From Gemmatimonadales bacterium (GTDB lineage: Bacteria; Gemmatimonadota; Gemmatimonadetes; Gemmatimonadales; GWC2-71-9), in the NCBI GenBank assembly GCA_025934955.1, contig JAICWE010000008.1, positions 6,947 to 70,946 on the forward strand: a stretch of DNA of 64,000 nt. Direction: 5' to 3'. Positions within the stretch are counted from its first letter, which is position 1, and each line of letters opens with the position of its first letter. The position numbers were made by a program, and so were the translations under genes. Shown piece after piece: positions 1 to 10,378 of the stretch. The notes beneath the pieces were generated by a model, which worked only from the letters and a program-made list of their open reading frames with translations, was not told where the DNA came from and searched no databases.

Positions 1-1546
1 CGTCACCACGACGTACGACATCCTGCACGAGGCGTTCGGCGACGGCACCCTGCGGCTCACCCACGAGGTGCTGCTGCCGGTACATCACACCATCATGGCG
101 CTGCCGGGCAGCGATCTCTCGCAGATCCGCCGGGTCCTCTCGCACCCGGTTGCCCTGGGCCAATGCCGCGTGTGGCTCGGCGAGCACCTGCCGGGCGTCG
201 AGCTGGTGAGCGCGTGGGACACCGCCGGCAGCGCGGAGATCGTCGCGCGGGAAGCGAACCCGGCGCTGGCCGCGATCGCCGCGCGCCACGCCGCTGACGC
301 GCACGGCCTGGTGCCGCTGGACGAGCACGTCGAGGACGATCCCAGCAACCAGACCCGCTTCCTCTGCTTCACCACCGCCGCGACCGCGGAGCGTGAGACG
401 GTGGCGGGGCCCTGCAAGACGTCGCTCATCGTGTCGCTGGACCACCGGCCCGGCGCGCTGGCGCACTCGCTCCAGGCGCTCGGCGCGCGGGGCGTGAACG
501 TCACCGCGCTCCAGTCGCGGCCGGAGCCGTCGGCGCCGTGGACCTATCGCTTCTACTTCGACATCGAGGGCGCGACGCACGAGCCCCGCGTCGCCGAGGC
601 GCTGGAGGAGATCGAGGCGATGTCGGCCAAGTTCATCGTGCTGGGCAGCTATCAGGCGTGGACCCAGGGCGTGCCGTCGTTCCAGGTGACCCACCCGACG
701 CCGGCGCATCACGCGCGAAAGCCGGAGATCCCGCTGATGGACCGGCGGCGGAAGCCGGAGGGGACGGTGGTGCAGATCCGGCATCTGTCGATCGGCGGTG
801 CCGAGCCGGTGCTGATCGCGGGCCCGTGCTCGGTCGAGAGCCGGGAGATGATCCTCGACACCGCCGACCTGGTCGCCGCGGCCGGCGGCGACATGCTGCG
901 CGGCGGCGCGTTCAAGCCGCGCACGTCGCCGTACGACTTCCAGGGTTTGGGTGTGAAGGGACTCCGCTACCTCGCCGAGGCGCGCGAGCGCACCGGGCTG
1001 CCGGTGGTGACGGAGGTGCTGAGCTGGGAGGAGGTGCCGCTGGTCGCCAAGTTCGCCGACATGCTCCAGATCGGCGCGCGCAACATGCAGAACTTCACCC
1101 TGCTGCGCGCGGCGGCGCGGAGCGGGCTCGCGGTGCTGCTCAAGCGCGGCGCCGGGGCGACGGTGGAGGAGTGGCTGATGGCGGCGGAGTACGTGCTGGC
1201 GGAAGGCAATCCTAACGTGGTCATGTGCGAGCGCGGCATCCGCACCTTTGAGCGGGCGACCCGTCACACCCTCGATCTGAACGCGGTGACGCTGGTGCTG
1301 GAGCGATCGCACCTGCCGGTGATCGTGGACCCGAGCCACGCCGCCGGCGTCCGGAGCCTGGTGACGCCGCTCGCGATGGCGTCACTCGCGGCCGGTGCCG
1401 CGGGCCTCATCGTCGAAATGCACCCCGATCCGGCCAACGCCATGAGCGACGGAGCGCAGAGCCAGGATCCGGCGATGTTCCGCGATCTTGCCGCCCGGGT
1501 CCATCCGGCGCGGCCGGCGCGGGGAGCCCCGACGCGCGTGGCGTAG
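1..1546 (+). CDS. Bifunctional prephenate dehydratase (C-terminal part plus ACT domain) / DAHP synthase type I-beta; 5' end lies outside the window
   Basis: The frame is open from base 2 (VTTTYDILHEAFGDGTLRLTHEVLLPVHH...), so the track start at 68 is internal. PDT motifs SHPVALGQC and NQTRF. ACT segment SLIVSLDHRPGALAHSLQALGARGVNVTALQSRP. DAHPS core LIAGPCSVES, KPRTSPYDFQGLG, QIGARNMQNF, IVDPSH. Confidence 0.85.
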   Translation, partial: VTTTYDILHEAFGDGTLRLTHEVLLPVHHTIMALPGSDLSQIRRVLSHPVALGQCRVWLGEHLPGVELVSAWDTAGSAEIVAREANPALAAIAARHAADAHGLVPLDEHVEDDPSNQTRFLCFTTAATAERETVAGPCKTSLIVSLDHRPGALAHSLQALGARGVNVTALQSRPEPSAPWTYRFYFDIEGATHEPRVAEALEEIEAMSAKFIVLGSYQAWTQGVPSFQVTHPTPAHHARKPEIPLMDRRRKPEGTVVQIRHLSIGGAEPVLIAGPCSVESREMILDTADLVAAAGGDMLRGGAFKPRTSPYDFQGLGVKGLRYLAEARERTGLPVVTEVLSWEEVPLVAKFADMLQIGARNMQNFTLLRAAARSGLAVLLKRGAGATVEEWLMAAEYVLAEGNPNVVMCERGIRTFERATRHTLDLNAVTLVLERSHLPVIVDPSHAAGVRSLVTPLAMASLAAGAAGLIVEMHPDPANAMSDGAQSQDPAMFRDLAARVHPARPARGAPTRVA

Positions 1547-1562
1547 CGCGTCGGGGCAGCGG

Positions 1563-1829
1563 TCAGGGCACCACCCTCGACCGCCGGCCCACCAGCAACC
1601 GGTAGATCAGCAGCAGAATCATCGCGCCGATGATCGACGCAATGATGCCGGGACCCGAGCCTGCTTGATTGTACCAGCCCAACGCCCGGCCGAGGAACCC
1701 GGCCAGTACCGCACCCGCCACTCCGAGAAGCATCGTGATGATGATGCCGCCGGGATCGCGTCCCGGCATCAGCAGCTTGGCGATCGCTCCGACCACCAGG
1801 CCGATGATCAGTGTCCACAGCAGTCCCAT
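1563..1829 (-). CDS. GlsB/YeaQ/YmgE family small stress membrane protein
   Basis: 88 aa with three Gly-rich TM helices (LIIGLVVGAIAKLL, IITMLLGVAGAVLAGFLG, IIASIIGAMILLLIY), typical of this family. Confidence 0.85.
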   Translation of the reverse strand: MGLLWTLIIGLVVGAIAKLLMPGRDPGGIIITMLLGVAGAVLAGFLGRALGWYNQAGSGPGIIASIIGAMILLLIYRLLVGRRSRVVP

Positions 1830-1909
1830 AGGGCCCTCCTCCTGGGTGGGAGGAACTTAGGTCCGCCCTGGTCCGGCCTCTGTGACTCTGGTTACAGGCG
1901 TGATACCGG

Positions 1910-2860
1910 TTACATCCGATCGCCGTCGCCGCCCCGGTCGTGGTCGCCGTCGTCGGGGCGCCCATCCCGCTGCTCCGGGAGCTTCCCGGTGACGGTCTCG
2001 TGCTTCCGGTTCCGGAGCACGTCGAGCTTGAACGTCTCGCCCGAGTCATAGCTTCGGAGGATGCGGAGCAGCTGGCCCGGGCTCGCCGCCTTGCGGCCGT
2101 CGATCGCCTGGACCACGTCACCCGCCTTGAGGCCGAGCGCGCTGTTCTTCCCCACACTCAGCACCAGCACTCCGTCGCTGGTGCCGAAATACTGGCCGAG
2201 GTCCGGATTGAGCGGCGCGAGCTCGAGGTTGGCGAGTGGCGAGTCGAAGGAGAACTGCATCCGGGGCATCTCGGTCTCCCAGCGCTGCATCCCGGGTCCC
2301 ATCATCGGCATCCGCATCTCGCCGCGGTCAGCCCCGTCGCCGAAACCATAGGCGAAGCTCCGTCCGTCCGGGCTCGCCCGGAAGAAGCTGGGCTCGTCCG
2401 CCGTCACGACTGAGACGGTCTTCCGGTCGCTGCCACGACGGTACTCCACCTTCACCGTGTCGTTCGGCGCCAGCTTGGCGGCGAGCTCGATGAGCTTGAG
2501 GCCCGGCAGCGAGCGCGCCTCACCACCGGTCGGCTGCTTGCTGTCGGACGCGGCGCCGAGGAGCGATTGGCCGTTGAGCCTGGTGATGACGTCGCCGGCA
2601 CGGATGCCGGCCTCATCCGCGGGGCCGCCGGGAGTGACGCCGTCGACGTACGCGCCGACCGAGTCGGTGTCCCGCGCCCGCAGATTGACGCCGATGCCGA
2701 GCCGCGCGCGGCGGTTCATGATGAAGCCGGACATCTGATTGTCGGGACCGGAGCGGAAGACGCGGGTCCGCATGCGGGGCTCGTCCTGCTGAGCATGCGC
2801 CAGCACCGGAAGCGCCAGCGCGAGGCTGCAGGCGGCGAGGACTGACGAAAGTCGGAACAT
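1910..2860 (-). CDS. Exported protein with two PDZ domains
   Basis: I used the internal ATG at 2860 (signal peptide MFRLSSVLAACSLALALPVLAHAQ, GGAG upstream) rather than the 424-aa track ORF. PDZ-like segments are GAYVDGVTPGGPADEAGIRAGDVITRLNG and GVLVLSVGKNSALGLKAGDVVQAIDG. It lies 10 nt downstream of the anti-sigma gene. Confidence 0.8.
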   Translation of the reverse strand: MFRLSSVLAACSLALALPVLAHAQQDEPRMRTRVFRSGPDNQMSGFIMNRRARLGIGVNLRARDTDSVGAYVDGVTPGGPADEAGIRAGDVITRLNGQSLLGAASDSKQPTGGEARSLPGLKLIELAAKLAPNDTVKVEYRRGSDRKTVSVVTADEPSFFRASPDGRSFAYGFGDGADRGEMRMPMMGPGMQRWETEMPRMQFSFDSPLANLELAPLNPDLGQYFGTSDGVLVLSVGKNSALGLKAGDVVQAIDGRKAASPGQLLRILRSYDSGETFKLDVLRNRKHETVTGKLPEQRDGRPDDGDHDRGGDGDRM

Positions 2861-2870
2861 GGATGGTCTC

Positions 2871-3485
2871 CTAGAGGCCGACGTTGCTGGCGCGGGTGAC
2901 GTGCACATCCACCAGCGCATCGAGCAGCCCGACGCGCTCGCGCCAGAGCTGAAGCCGCCGCGCCTCGCGATCGGTCTGCGCCTGGAGCAGCTCGGCCGCT
3001 TCCAGCTCGCGGTCGAGTCCGGCGATGCGATCTTCCAGCTCCTCGGCGATGCGAGCGGTGCGGCCGTCGAGCGGGCGGGCATCGGGGTCGTACTGGCGGA
3101 TGGTGGCCTCGAGCGCGGCCGAGTGCTGCTTCTGGGTGTCGATCGCCTGCTCGGTGGCGGAGAGACTGGCGGGATGCGCGACATCGTGCCGGATGGTGAC
3201 CACCAGCGCGAGCGACGCGGCGAGCGCGAGGCCCGCCGCGCCGAGGAGCCGTACCCGCCGGCCGCGACGCTCGCGGCGGATCCGAGCTGTCACCGCGGGC
3301 CAGGCATCCCGCGCCGGCCGGAGCGCGGGCAGCGCGCGGAGCCGCGCCACCCGCTGGTGCACGGCGTCCAGCTCCGCCTGGCAGCCCGGGCAGGCATCGA
3401 GGTGCTCGCGGGCGGCGGCGGCGCCGGGCTCAGCGCCGGGCTCGCGCAGCGCCAGGAGCTGCTCCAGGGTGAGGTGCGCCGTCAT
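2871..3485 (-). CDS. Anti-sigma factor (zf-HC2 type, single TM)
   Basis: H-x3-C-x2-C motif (EHLDACPGC), TM segment LLGAAGLALAASLALVV, and a coiled-coil-like exported part. Its ATG overlaps the stop of the upstream ECF sigma gene (ATGA at 3482-3485). Confidence 0.75.
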   Translation of the reverse strand: MTAHLTLEQLLALREPGAEPGAAAAREHLDACPGCQAELDAVHQRVARLRALPALRPARDAWPAVTARIRRERRGRRVRLLGAAGLALAASLALVVTIRHDVAHPASLSATEQAIDTQKQHSAALEATIRQYDPDARPLDGRTARIAEELEDRIAGLDRELEAAELLQAQTDREARRLQLWRERVGLLDALVDVHVTRASNVGL

Positions 3486-4042
3486 CGGGCCACCTCTTCC
3501 CCGAGCCAGCGGCGGAGCCGGGTGTGGGCGCGGGCCAGTTGCGACTTCGAGAAGCTGGTGGTGCGGCCCATCATCAGCGCGATCTCTTCGTGGGTGTAGC
3601 CCTCGACGTCGTGCAGCCAGACCACGGCGCGGGACACTTCGGGCAACCGCTCGAGCGCCGCTTCGAGGTCCATGCGCAGCGCGGTCTCGTCGCGACGCAG
3701 CCCGGGGGCGGGGGCGTCCTCAGCCAGCTCGTCGGTGTCACGATAGCGGTTCCGGCGGAGCCGCATGAGCGCCTTGCTCGCGGCGATGGTGCGGATCCAG
3801 CCCCAGAGGCTCCCCTCCTGCCGGAAGTGGCCGATGCTGCGACACACCTCGAAGAAGGTTTCCTGGAGCACGTCCTCGGCGTCTTCGGCGGTGCGGCAGA
3901 TCCGGCGGGCGAGGTTGTAGACCGGGGCCTCGAAGGCGCGGTAGAGCGCCTCCAGCGCGGCCGGGTCACCCGCGCGGGCTCCGGCGACCACCGCCTCCGC
4001 ATTGGCCACCGGGATCAGATCCATGGTGAGGGTCCGTGTCAT
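3482..4042 (-). CDS. ECF-type RNA polymerase sigma-70 factor
   Basis: Region 2 (AEDVLQETFFEV, WGWIRTIA) and region 4 HTH (GYTHEEIALMMGRTTSFSKSQLARAHTRLR). The start is uncertain: GTG 4081, ATG 4042 or ATG 4024. Confidence 0.85.
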   Translation of the reverse strand: MTRTLTMDLIPVANAEAVVAGARAGDPAALEALYRAFEAPVYNLARRICRTAEDAEDVLQETFFEVCRSIGHFRQEGSLWGWIRTIAASKALMRLRRNRYRDTDELAEDAPAPGLRRDETALRMDLEAALERLPEVSRAVVWLHDVEGYTHEEIALMMGRTTSFSKSQLARAHTRLRRWLGEEVAR

Positions 4043-4103
4043 GGTGCCGGAAAGATGCCTCCGCGGCCGGAATGGTCGCACGGGGGCGTGTTATGTTGTC
4101 CGG

Positions 4104-5225
4104 ATGGCGACTACGTCATCCCCCGCGATCTGGCTTCACCACCTCGAGGACGAGGCCGATGCGGCGTACCTCTACCGCGAGCTGGCCCAGGCCGAGCGGG
4201 ACCCGGCCAAGTCCCGCATCTACGAGGAGCTGGCCGGGGTGGAGGATCGCCACGTCGAGATGTGGCGCAAGGTGCTCCAGGATCACGGCCACGACGCCCC
4301 GGAGCCGACGCCCTCGCGCGGCGCCCGGCTGCGGGCGTGGCTCGCCCGCAGGTTCGGCAGCGGGCTCCTCCTCCCGATGCTGCTCGACGAGGAAGGCCGC
4401 GAGGCCAAGGGTTACCTCAACCTCTATCAGAGTGAGCCGGAGGGCGCCGTCGGCCCGACGGCGCTGACGCTGGCCAAGGAATCGAAGCAGCACGCGCAGA
4501 CGCTGGCCAGCCTGAGCGGCGCCGAGGGCGAGCCGTGGCACCGGACATCGGCCGGCGGCATCATGCGCAACCTGGTGTACGGCTTCAACGACGGGCTCAC
4601 CGCCAACTTCGGCCTCGTGGCCGGCATGATCGGCGCCCAGGCGAGTCTCGCGTCCAGCGGGCACGCGCTGGTCGTGGCGGGCATCGCGGGCACGGTGGCC
4701 AACGCGCTTTCGATGGGCTCGTCCGGCTATCTCGCCGCCAAGAGCGAGCGCGAGGTGTTCGAGCACGAGATCGCGATGGAGCGGGAGGAGATCCGGCTCA
4801 TGCCCGACCTGGAGCGCGAGGAGATGAGCCTGGTCTATCAGGCCAAGGGCATTCCGAAGGGCCAGGCGGACTCGCTCGCCGCGCGGGTGATGCAGGACCC
4901 GGAGCAGGCGCTCCAGGAGCAGGTGCGCGAAGAGCTCAACATCGGCGAGGCGACCAGCACGCCGCTGCGGGAGGCGTGGATCACCGGGGTGGCGACGGCG
5001 TTCGGCTCGCTCATTCCGGTCGCGCCCTTCCTGCTGAGCACCAGCCGCGCGGCGATCTGGACCTCATTCGTCATCGCGATGCTCTCGCACTTCGGCGTCG
5101 GCGCCGCGCGGAGCGTCTTCACCGGCCGCGGCGTCTTCCGCAGCGGTTTCGACATGTTCATCGTGGGACTGGGCGTGGCGGGCGTGGGGTACGTCGTGGG
5201 CGAGTGGGTGGTCACCCTGCTGTGA
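4104..5225 (+). CDS. VIT1/CCC1 family iron/manganese transporter with N-terminal ferritin-like domain
   Basis: I used the ATG at 4104 (MATTSSPAIW). N-terminal di-iron-like helices (EDEADAAYLYRELA, VEDRHVEMW). Membrane domain NLVYGFNDGLTANFGLVAG plus further TM helices. Confidence 0.85.
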   Translation: MATTSSPAIWLHHLEDEADAAYLYRELAQAERDPAKSRIYEELAGVEDRHVEMWRKVLQDHGHDAPEPTPSRGARLRAWLARRFGSGLLLPMLLDEEGREAKGYLNLYQSEPEGAVGPTALTLAKESKQHAQTLASLSGAEGEPWHRTSAGGIMRNLVYGFNDGLTANFGLVAGMIGAQASLASSGHALVVAGIAGTVANALSMGSSGYLAAKSEREVFEHEIAMEREEIRLMPDLEREEMSLVYQAKGIPKGQADSLAARVMQDPEQALQEQVREELNIGEATSTPLREAWITGVATAFGSLIPVAPFLLSTSRAAIWTSFVIAMLSHFGVGAARSVFTGRGVFRSGFDMFIVGLGVAGVGYVVGEWVVTLL

Positions 5226-5282
5226 GCGGGCGCGCCCGCCAGCGCGGGTTCGCTTCGGACTCCGGCTCCAGGCGGAGGTCGG

Positions 5283-7748
5283 TCAGACCACGATGTTGAT
5301 GAGCCGGTTCGGCACGTAGACGACCTTCCGGATCTCCTTCCCACCGGTGAAACGCCGCACGCTCTCTTCCGCGCCCGCCGCGGCGAGCGCCTGTTCCTCC
5401 GATGCGTCACGCGGCACCGTGACCCGGCCGCGGGTCTTCCCGCTCACCTGCACCGCCAGCTCCACCTCCGTCGCGGCGATGAGCCGCTCGTCCCACGCGG
5501 GCCAGCGGGCGTCGAACACCGAGGTCTCGTGCCCCATCCGCTCCCAGCACTCCTCGGCGAAGTGGGGCGCGAACGGCGCCAGCATGATGACGAGACTCTC
5601 GATGATGTGCCGCTCGCAGCAGTTGTCCTCCCGCAGCGTGTTGACCAGCTCCATCAGCGCGGCGATCGAGGTATTGTAGCGCAGCGACTCGAGGCCTTCG
5701 CTCGCCTTCTTGATCGTCGCGTGCCACTTGGCCACGGTCTCCCGCCGCACCTCGGCGCTCTCGCAGTCGGTGCCGGGCCGGGCGCACTCGTTCACCATGC
5801 CCCAGACCTTGTCGAGGAAGCGACGCGGGCCGCTGATGCCGTCGTCGCGGAAATCGCCGCCTTCCTGGAACGGTCCGAGAAACATCAGGTACATGCGGAA
5901 GGTGTCGGCGCCCCAGCGCGCGATGTACTCGTCGGGGATGACGACGTTGCCGCGGCTCTTCGACATCTTCGCGCCGTCCTTCACGATCAGCCCGTGCGCG
6001 CGGAACTTCGCGAACGGCTCGTCGAAGCGGACGTGACCCAGCTCGTGCAGCACCATCGCGAGGAAGCGGGAATAGAGCAGGTGCAGCACCGCGTGCTCGT
6101 TGCCGCCGATGTAGGTCGTCACCGGGCACCACCGGCGGGTGCGCTCGGCGTCGAAGGGCACGTCGCCGAACTCGGTGCTCGGATAGCGCAGGTAGTACCA
6201 GGCCGAGTCGAGGAAGGTGTCGGAGACATCGGTTTCACGCCGGGCGCGCTCGCCGCAGGTGGGGCACGGCACGTAGTACCACTCCTCGTGCCGGGCCAGC
6301 GGCGAGACGCCGGTGTCGTCCGGCCGGAAATCCTCGATGGGCGGCAGCTCGACCGGCAGGTCGCTTTCCGGCACCGGCACCACGCCGCAGCGGTCGCAGT
6401 AGATGACCGGAATCGGCGGGCCCCAATAGCGCTGGCGCGAGATGCACCAGTCGTGCAGCCGGAACTGGATGATGCCGCGCCCGATGCCCTGCCGCTCGAG
6501 CCACCCGATGATCGCCGTCTTCCCTTCGTCCACCGACATGCCGGTGAACTCGCCGGAGTTGATCAGCTTCCCGCCGCCGACGTGCGCCGCGGTGACCGCG
6601 GGCGGCTCGCCCTCCCGCTCGGTGCCGTCGCCGCCGTCGATCACCGGCAGGATGGCCAGCTCGTACTTGCGGGCGAACTCGAAGTCGCGCTCGTCGTGCG
6701 CCGGCACCGCCATGATGGCGCCGGTGCCGTACTCCATCAGCACGTAGTCCGCGATCCACACCGGGATCGGCCGGCCGGTGGCGGGGTTCCGCGCAAAGGC
6801 GCCGGTGAAGACGCCGGTCTTCTCCCGCTCGCCGACCTTGCGGGAGACGAGGTCCTTGCTGCTTGCCTGACGGCGGTACTCGTGCACCACCTCACGTTGC
6901 GCCGGCGTCGTGATCTCCAGTACCAGCGGGTGCTCCGGCGCCAGCACCATGAAGGTCGCGCCGAAGAGCGTGTCGGGCCGGGTGGTGAAGACGCTCAGGG
7001 CCTGGCCGTGCTCCAGCGGGAAGCGGATCTCGGCGCCCTCCGAGCGGCCCAGCCAGTTGCGCTGCGCCGTCGTGGTGCTGTCGGACCAGTCCATCTTCGA
7101 CTTGTCGTCCAGATCGGCGAGCAGCCGGCCGGCGTAGTCGGTGATCCGGAAGAACCACTGCTCCAGGGTGCGCTGCTCCACCACGGCGCCGCAGCGCTCG
7201 CAGCGGCCGTCCACCACCTGCTCGTTGGCGAGCACGGTCTTGTCGTTGGGGCACCAGTTGACCGCGGCGGCCTTCTTGTACGCCTTCCCCGCCTTCAACA
7301 GCTGCAGGAAGAGCCACTGGGTCCACCTGTAATAGTGCGGATCGGTGGTGGCGAGCTCGTGCCGCCAGTCGAACATCCCGCCGATGCGCACCAGCTGGCG
7401 GCGGAAGTTGGCGATGTTCTGCGGGATCAGCACCGCCGGATGCACGCCGACCTTGAGCGCGTAGTTCTCCGAGTGGATGCCGAACGCATCGTAGCCGATC
7501 GGCTCGAAGACGTCGTAGCCCTGGAGCCGCTTGAAGCGGCCGTACACGTCGCTGCCGGTGAAGGCGAACATGTTCCCGACGTGCAGCCCTTCGGCCGACG
7601 GGTAGGGGAACATCATCAGGTTGTAGAACGGCCGCGCGGCGCGATCGAGGTCGGGCTCGTTGGTGTGCCGCTCGGCCCACTTCGTCTGCCACTTGGCTTC
7701 GACGACGTCGGGCTGGTAGGTGTCGGTGGTCGTGCGCGTGTCGGACAT
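5283..7748 (-). CDS. leuS: Leucine--tRNA ligase
   Basis: 821 aa, class I aaRS. It has an N-terminal [12 protein letters not shown] (HIGH-type) motif, an editing-domain insertion, the KMSKS motif ([12 protein letters not shown]), and a LeuRS-like C-terminus. Confidence 0.97.
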   Translation of the reverse strand: MSDTRTTTDTYQPDVVEAKWQTKWAERHTNEPDLDRAARPFYNLMMFPYPSAEGLHVGNMFAFTGSDVYGRFKRLQGYDVFEPIGYDAFGIHSENYALKVGVHPAVLIPQNIANFRRQLVRIGGMFDWRHELATTDPHYYRWTQWLFLQLLKAGKAYKKAAAVNWCPNDKTVLANEQVVDGRCERCGAVVEQRTLEQWFFRITDYAGRLLADLDDKSKMDWSDSTTTAQRNWLGRSEGAEIRFPLEHGQALSVFTTRPDTLFGATFMVLAPEHPLVLEITTPAQREVVHEYRRQASSKDLVSRKVGEREKTGVFTGAFARNPATGRPIPVWIADYVLMEYGTGAIMAVPAHDERDFEFARKYELAILPVIDGGDGTEREGEPPAVTAAHVGGGKLINSGEFTGMSVDEGKTAIIGWLERQGIGRGIIQFRLHDWCISRQRYWGPPIPVIYCDRCGVVPVPESDLPVELPPIEDFRPDDTGVSPLARHEEWYYVPCPTCGERARRETDVSDTFLDSAWYYLRYPSTEFGDVPFDAERTRRWCPVTTYIGGNEHAVLHLLYSRFLAMVLHELGHVRFDEPFAKFRAHGLIVKDGAKMSKSRGNVVIPDEYIARWGADTFRMYLMFLGPFQEGGDFRDDGISGPRRFLDKVWGMVNECARPGTDCESAEVRRETVAKWHATIKKASEGLESLRYNTSIAALMELVNTLREDNCCERHIIESLVIMLAPFAPHFAEECWERMGHETSVFDARWPAWDERLIAATEVELAVQVSGKTRGRVTVPRDASEEQALAAAGAEESVRRFTGGKEIRKVVYVPNRLINIVV

Positions 7749-7784
7749 AGGGGGCGAAATCTATGGCGGCGCGGGGCGAAGCGG

Positions 7785-7790
7785 TATAAT
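7785..7790 (+). promoter_or_regulatory. Candidate -10 hexamer (TATAAT) upstream of the MCP gene
   Basis: A perfect TATAAT sits in an otherwise GC-rich 70-bp divergent leuS/MCP spacer, about 29 nt before the MCP ATG. No convincing -35 was seen. Confidence 0.3.
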
Positions 7791-7818
7791 TCGGCTCCCC
7801 CGCAGATCCGGATCCCTC

Positions 7819-9108
7819 ATGGCCGACGAGCGCAAGAAGTTCGTCTACTCGCTGCATGGCATGGTGCTGGCCGCGATCGGCGCGCTCGCGCTGCTGGTGG
7901 CGTGGCTCCTCTGGCACGCGCTGACCCGACATGCCGGCGACCCGCGGCCCGGACTGATCGTGCTGATCCTCACCGCCGGCTTCGTCGTCGCGGGCGTCGT
8001 CCTGGAGCAGATCTTCGTCCGCTGGCTGTTGAGCGCGGTGCTGGCGCCGGCGGGCAAGGCGGCGGGAGTCGCGATGCGGGTGTCCCAGGGCGACCTGCGC
8101 GAGGTGAAGATCCGGGCGGACGGTCGCACCGACGGGCTCACGATGGCGGTCGGCCGGATGGTGGGCCAGCTCCGCACGCTGGTGGACGCGATCCACGCGA
8201 GCGCCAACGACGCGGCCGCGATGGCGCAGGAGATCGCCGCGTCGACCGAGCAGATGAGCGCGTCCACCGAAGAGGTGGCGAGCACCACCGGCGACCTCAC
8301 GGAGCGGGCCAACCAGCAGGCGCAGCTGGTGCGCGCCGCCGCCGACGACGCCGGCAAGATCCTGGTGATCGCGAAGCAGCTCGCCGGCGGCGCGGAGCAG
8401 GCCGCCGAGCGGAACTCGGCGCTGGCGCGGGTGGCGCGATCCCATCGCGAGCGGCTCGATGCCAGCACCGCCGAGCTTCAGCGCCTGGCCGACGAAGTGG
8501 AACGCGGCGCCAAGGAGGCGGAGGCGCTCGCCGCCGCGTCGGAAGAGATCCAGAAGTTCGTCACCCAGACCAAGGCGATCGCCAAGCAGACCCACATGCT
8601 GGCGCTCAACGCCTCCATCGAAGCCGCGCGCGCGGGCGAAGAGGGACGCGGCTTCAGCGTCGTCGCCGAAGAGGTGCGGAAGCTCGCCGCGCAGGCGGCC
8701 CAGTCGGCCACCTCCACCAGCGACACGGTGCAGAGCATCGTGCTCCGGGTGCATCAGGCGCGGGAGCGGCTGCTCCGGCTCGGGAGCGGCGGCATGGCGG
8801 CGCGCGACGCGGCCCACGCGGCGGCAGACGGCCTCGCGACCGTCGCCGCGGAGGCGGAGGAGAACGATCAGTGGACTCGCCGCATCTCCACCTCCGCCGA
8901 GGAGGTGCGCGGCCTGATCGAGGGAATCGCCGGCCGGATGCGCGAGGTCTCGGCGGGGACGGAAGACTACGCCGCCGCCGCGGAGGAGATCGCGGCGGCG
9001 GCGCAGCAGCTCAACGCGTCCACTGAAGAAATCAGCAGCTCGGCGGGTCAGCTCGCGGGCGCGGCCGAGAAACTCACGCAAGCGGTCGGCGGGTTCCGGC
9101 TTTCCTGA
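7819..9108 (+). CDS. Methyl-accepting chemotaxis protein (two TM, minimal periplasmic loop, HAMP)
   Basis: ATG at 7819 (MADERKKF). Two TM helices. MCP signalling hairpin [37 protein letters not shown]. No che genes are adjacent. Confidence 0.9.
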   Translation: MADERKKFVYSLHGMVLAAIGALALLVAWLLWHALTRHAGDPRPGLIVLILTAGFVVAGVVLEQIFVRWLLSAVLAPAGKAAGVAMRVSQGDLREVKIRADGRTDGLTMAVGRMVGQLRTLVDAIHASANDAAAMAQEIAASTEQMSASTEEVASTTGDLTERANQQAQLVRAAADDAGKILVIAKQLAGGAEQAAERNSALARVARSHRERLDASTAELQRLADEVERGAKEAEALAAASEEIQKFVTQTKAIAKQTHMLALNASIEAARAGEEGRGFSVVAEEVRKLAAQAAQSATSTSDTVQSIVLRVHQARERLLRLGSGGMAARDAAHAAADGLATVAAEAEENDQWTRRISTSAEEVRGLIEGIAGRMREVSAGTEDYAAAAEEIAAAAQQLNASTEEISSSAGQLAGAAEKLTQAVGGFRLS

Positions 9109-9109
9109 G

Positions 9110-10378
9110 TTACGACGCCTTCCGAAGCGCCGCCTCCAGCCGATCGTCGGCCGGCGCGCGGCCTCGCGCGGTGTACTGCTCGTAGAACACGCGCGCCTCG
9201 GCGAGATCCCCGGCCGAGATGAACCGCGGGCCGAGCCGCCCGCACCCTTCCAGCCCGATGGCGAAGAGATCGCGTGCCGTCGCCGCGATGCGCGGCTCCG
9301 TGAGGCCGCGGTCGCCGGCGATGCGGAGACGCGCGAGGTCCGGTGCGCCGAGCAGCGCGCCGGCATCCATCGCGGCACGCTCGTCGTACGCGATCCCGGC
9401 GAGCAATGCGACGGGCGCGGCCCATGATTCGGGGCCCACGCTGTCGGCCGAGCGCACCTCGAAGCAGCCGCGGGGCCGGACCTCGGGGAAGAGCGTCGTG
9501 AGGTGCGCGCGCCATTCGGCCTCGGTGGCGACGCCGCGCCGGATCCGGCCGACGAACGGAAGCTGCTCGCCCTCCGGCGTGGGATGCAGGAAGTCCGGCG
9601 CGCAGAGCGCGAACTCGAGGTACGCCGCGACCGGCGCTCCGTCACCGAACGGAAGACCGGTGCGGCTCGCGTCCACGTTCCGCCAGGTGTGCGCGCGCTG
9701 GCTCGGCCGACCGGTGACGTGGCCGGCGTAGAACGGTGAGTTGGCGAAGATGGCGCTCACGTACGGTGCCGCGGCGTTGAGCAGGCGCCAGCGCGCGAAC
9801 GGCTGCGTGCCGCCGTCGAGACAGAGCTGAAACGCCGCCGTCTGCCGCATCATCCGGCCGCCGGGCGCGCCGAGCCGCGCGAAGTAGTCCGCCATGCGGC
9901 AGTAGCGCTCGGTGAAGAGCTGCAGCGGCGCCCGCTGGAGCGGGTTCCACGGATCCATTCCCTCGCACAGCAGCTCGATACCCATGCCCCGCGCCGCCTC
10001 CCGGAGCGGGAGCAGGACGCGGCGCAGCTCGTCCAGCAGCTCGCTCGCCGACGCGCCCGGCGCGGAGCTGTACTCGATCTGTCCGCCGGGCTCGAACGAG
10101 ATGGTGCCGAGGCCCGGAAGATGGAAGCTGGAGACGCCGGCGGGCGACACGACCTCCTCCCATCGGAGCGGCGCGCCGTGCATACGGAGGAGACGCAGTG
10201 TCGAGACCTCCGCCTCGGGATCGATGCTCGCGATGCGGTGGGTCTCGAGGTCTATGGGTAGCAGCTCGACTTCGGCGCCGACGCGGAGCATGTCGGCGCC
10301 GGCGGGCGCCCGCGGGAAGAGCTGCTGCTCGACGCCGTGCGCGAGGGCGGCGAGGTCGGTGATCATCGGGCCGCTCAT
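9110..10378 (-). CDS. egtA: Glutamate--cysteine ligase family 2 protein, EgtA-like
   Basis: GCS2-type carboxylate-amine ligase pattern (VGAEVELLPID, FEPGGQIEYSS). Its ATG overlaps the egtD stop by 4 nt (ATGA). The context with egtB and egtD supports the call. Confidence 0.75.
   Translation of the reverse strand: MSGPMITDLAALAHGVEQQLFPRAPAGADMLRVGAEVELLPIDLETHRIASIDPEAEVSTLRLLRMHGAPLRWEEVVSPAGVSSFHLPGLGTISFEPGGQIEYSSAPGASASELLDELRRVLLPLREAARGMGIELLCEGMDPWNPLQRAPLQLFTERYCRMADYFARLGAPGGRMMRQTAAFQLCLDGGTQPFARWRLLNAAAPYVSAIFANSPFYAGHVTGRPSQRAHTWRNVDASRTGLPFGDGAPVAAYLEFALCAPDFLHPTPEGEQLPFVGRIRRGVATEAEWRAHLTTLFPEVRPRGCFEVRSADSVGPESWAAPVALLAGIAYDERAAMDAGALLGAPDLARLRIAGDRGLTEPRIAATARDLFAIGLEGCGRLGPRFISAGDLAEARVFYEQYTARGRAPADDRLEAALRKAS

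Noticed and set aside
5226-5239. 14-bp perfect palindrome GCGGGCGCGCCCGC between the convergent VIT1 and leuS genes, as a bidirectional terminator.
   Set aside because: It would form only a 5-bp stem around a 4-nt loop and has no flanking T/A tracts, so there is not enough evidence to call a terminator.
5529-9645. Very long ORFs on both strands (5529-9026 plus strand, 1165 aa; 6892-9645 minus strand, 917 aa) overlapping leuS, the MCP gene and egtA.
   Set aside because: They are Arg/Gly/Ala/Pro-rich with no recognisable motifs, and they run antisense or out of frame to genes with clear family signatures. These are typical shadow ORFs of high-GC DNA.
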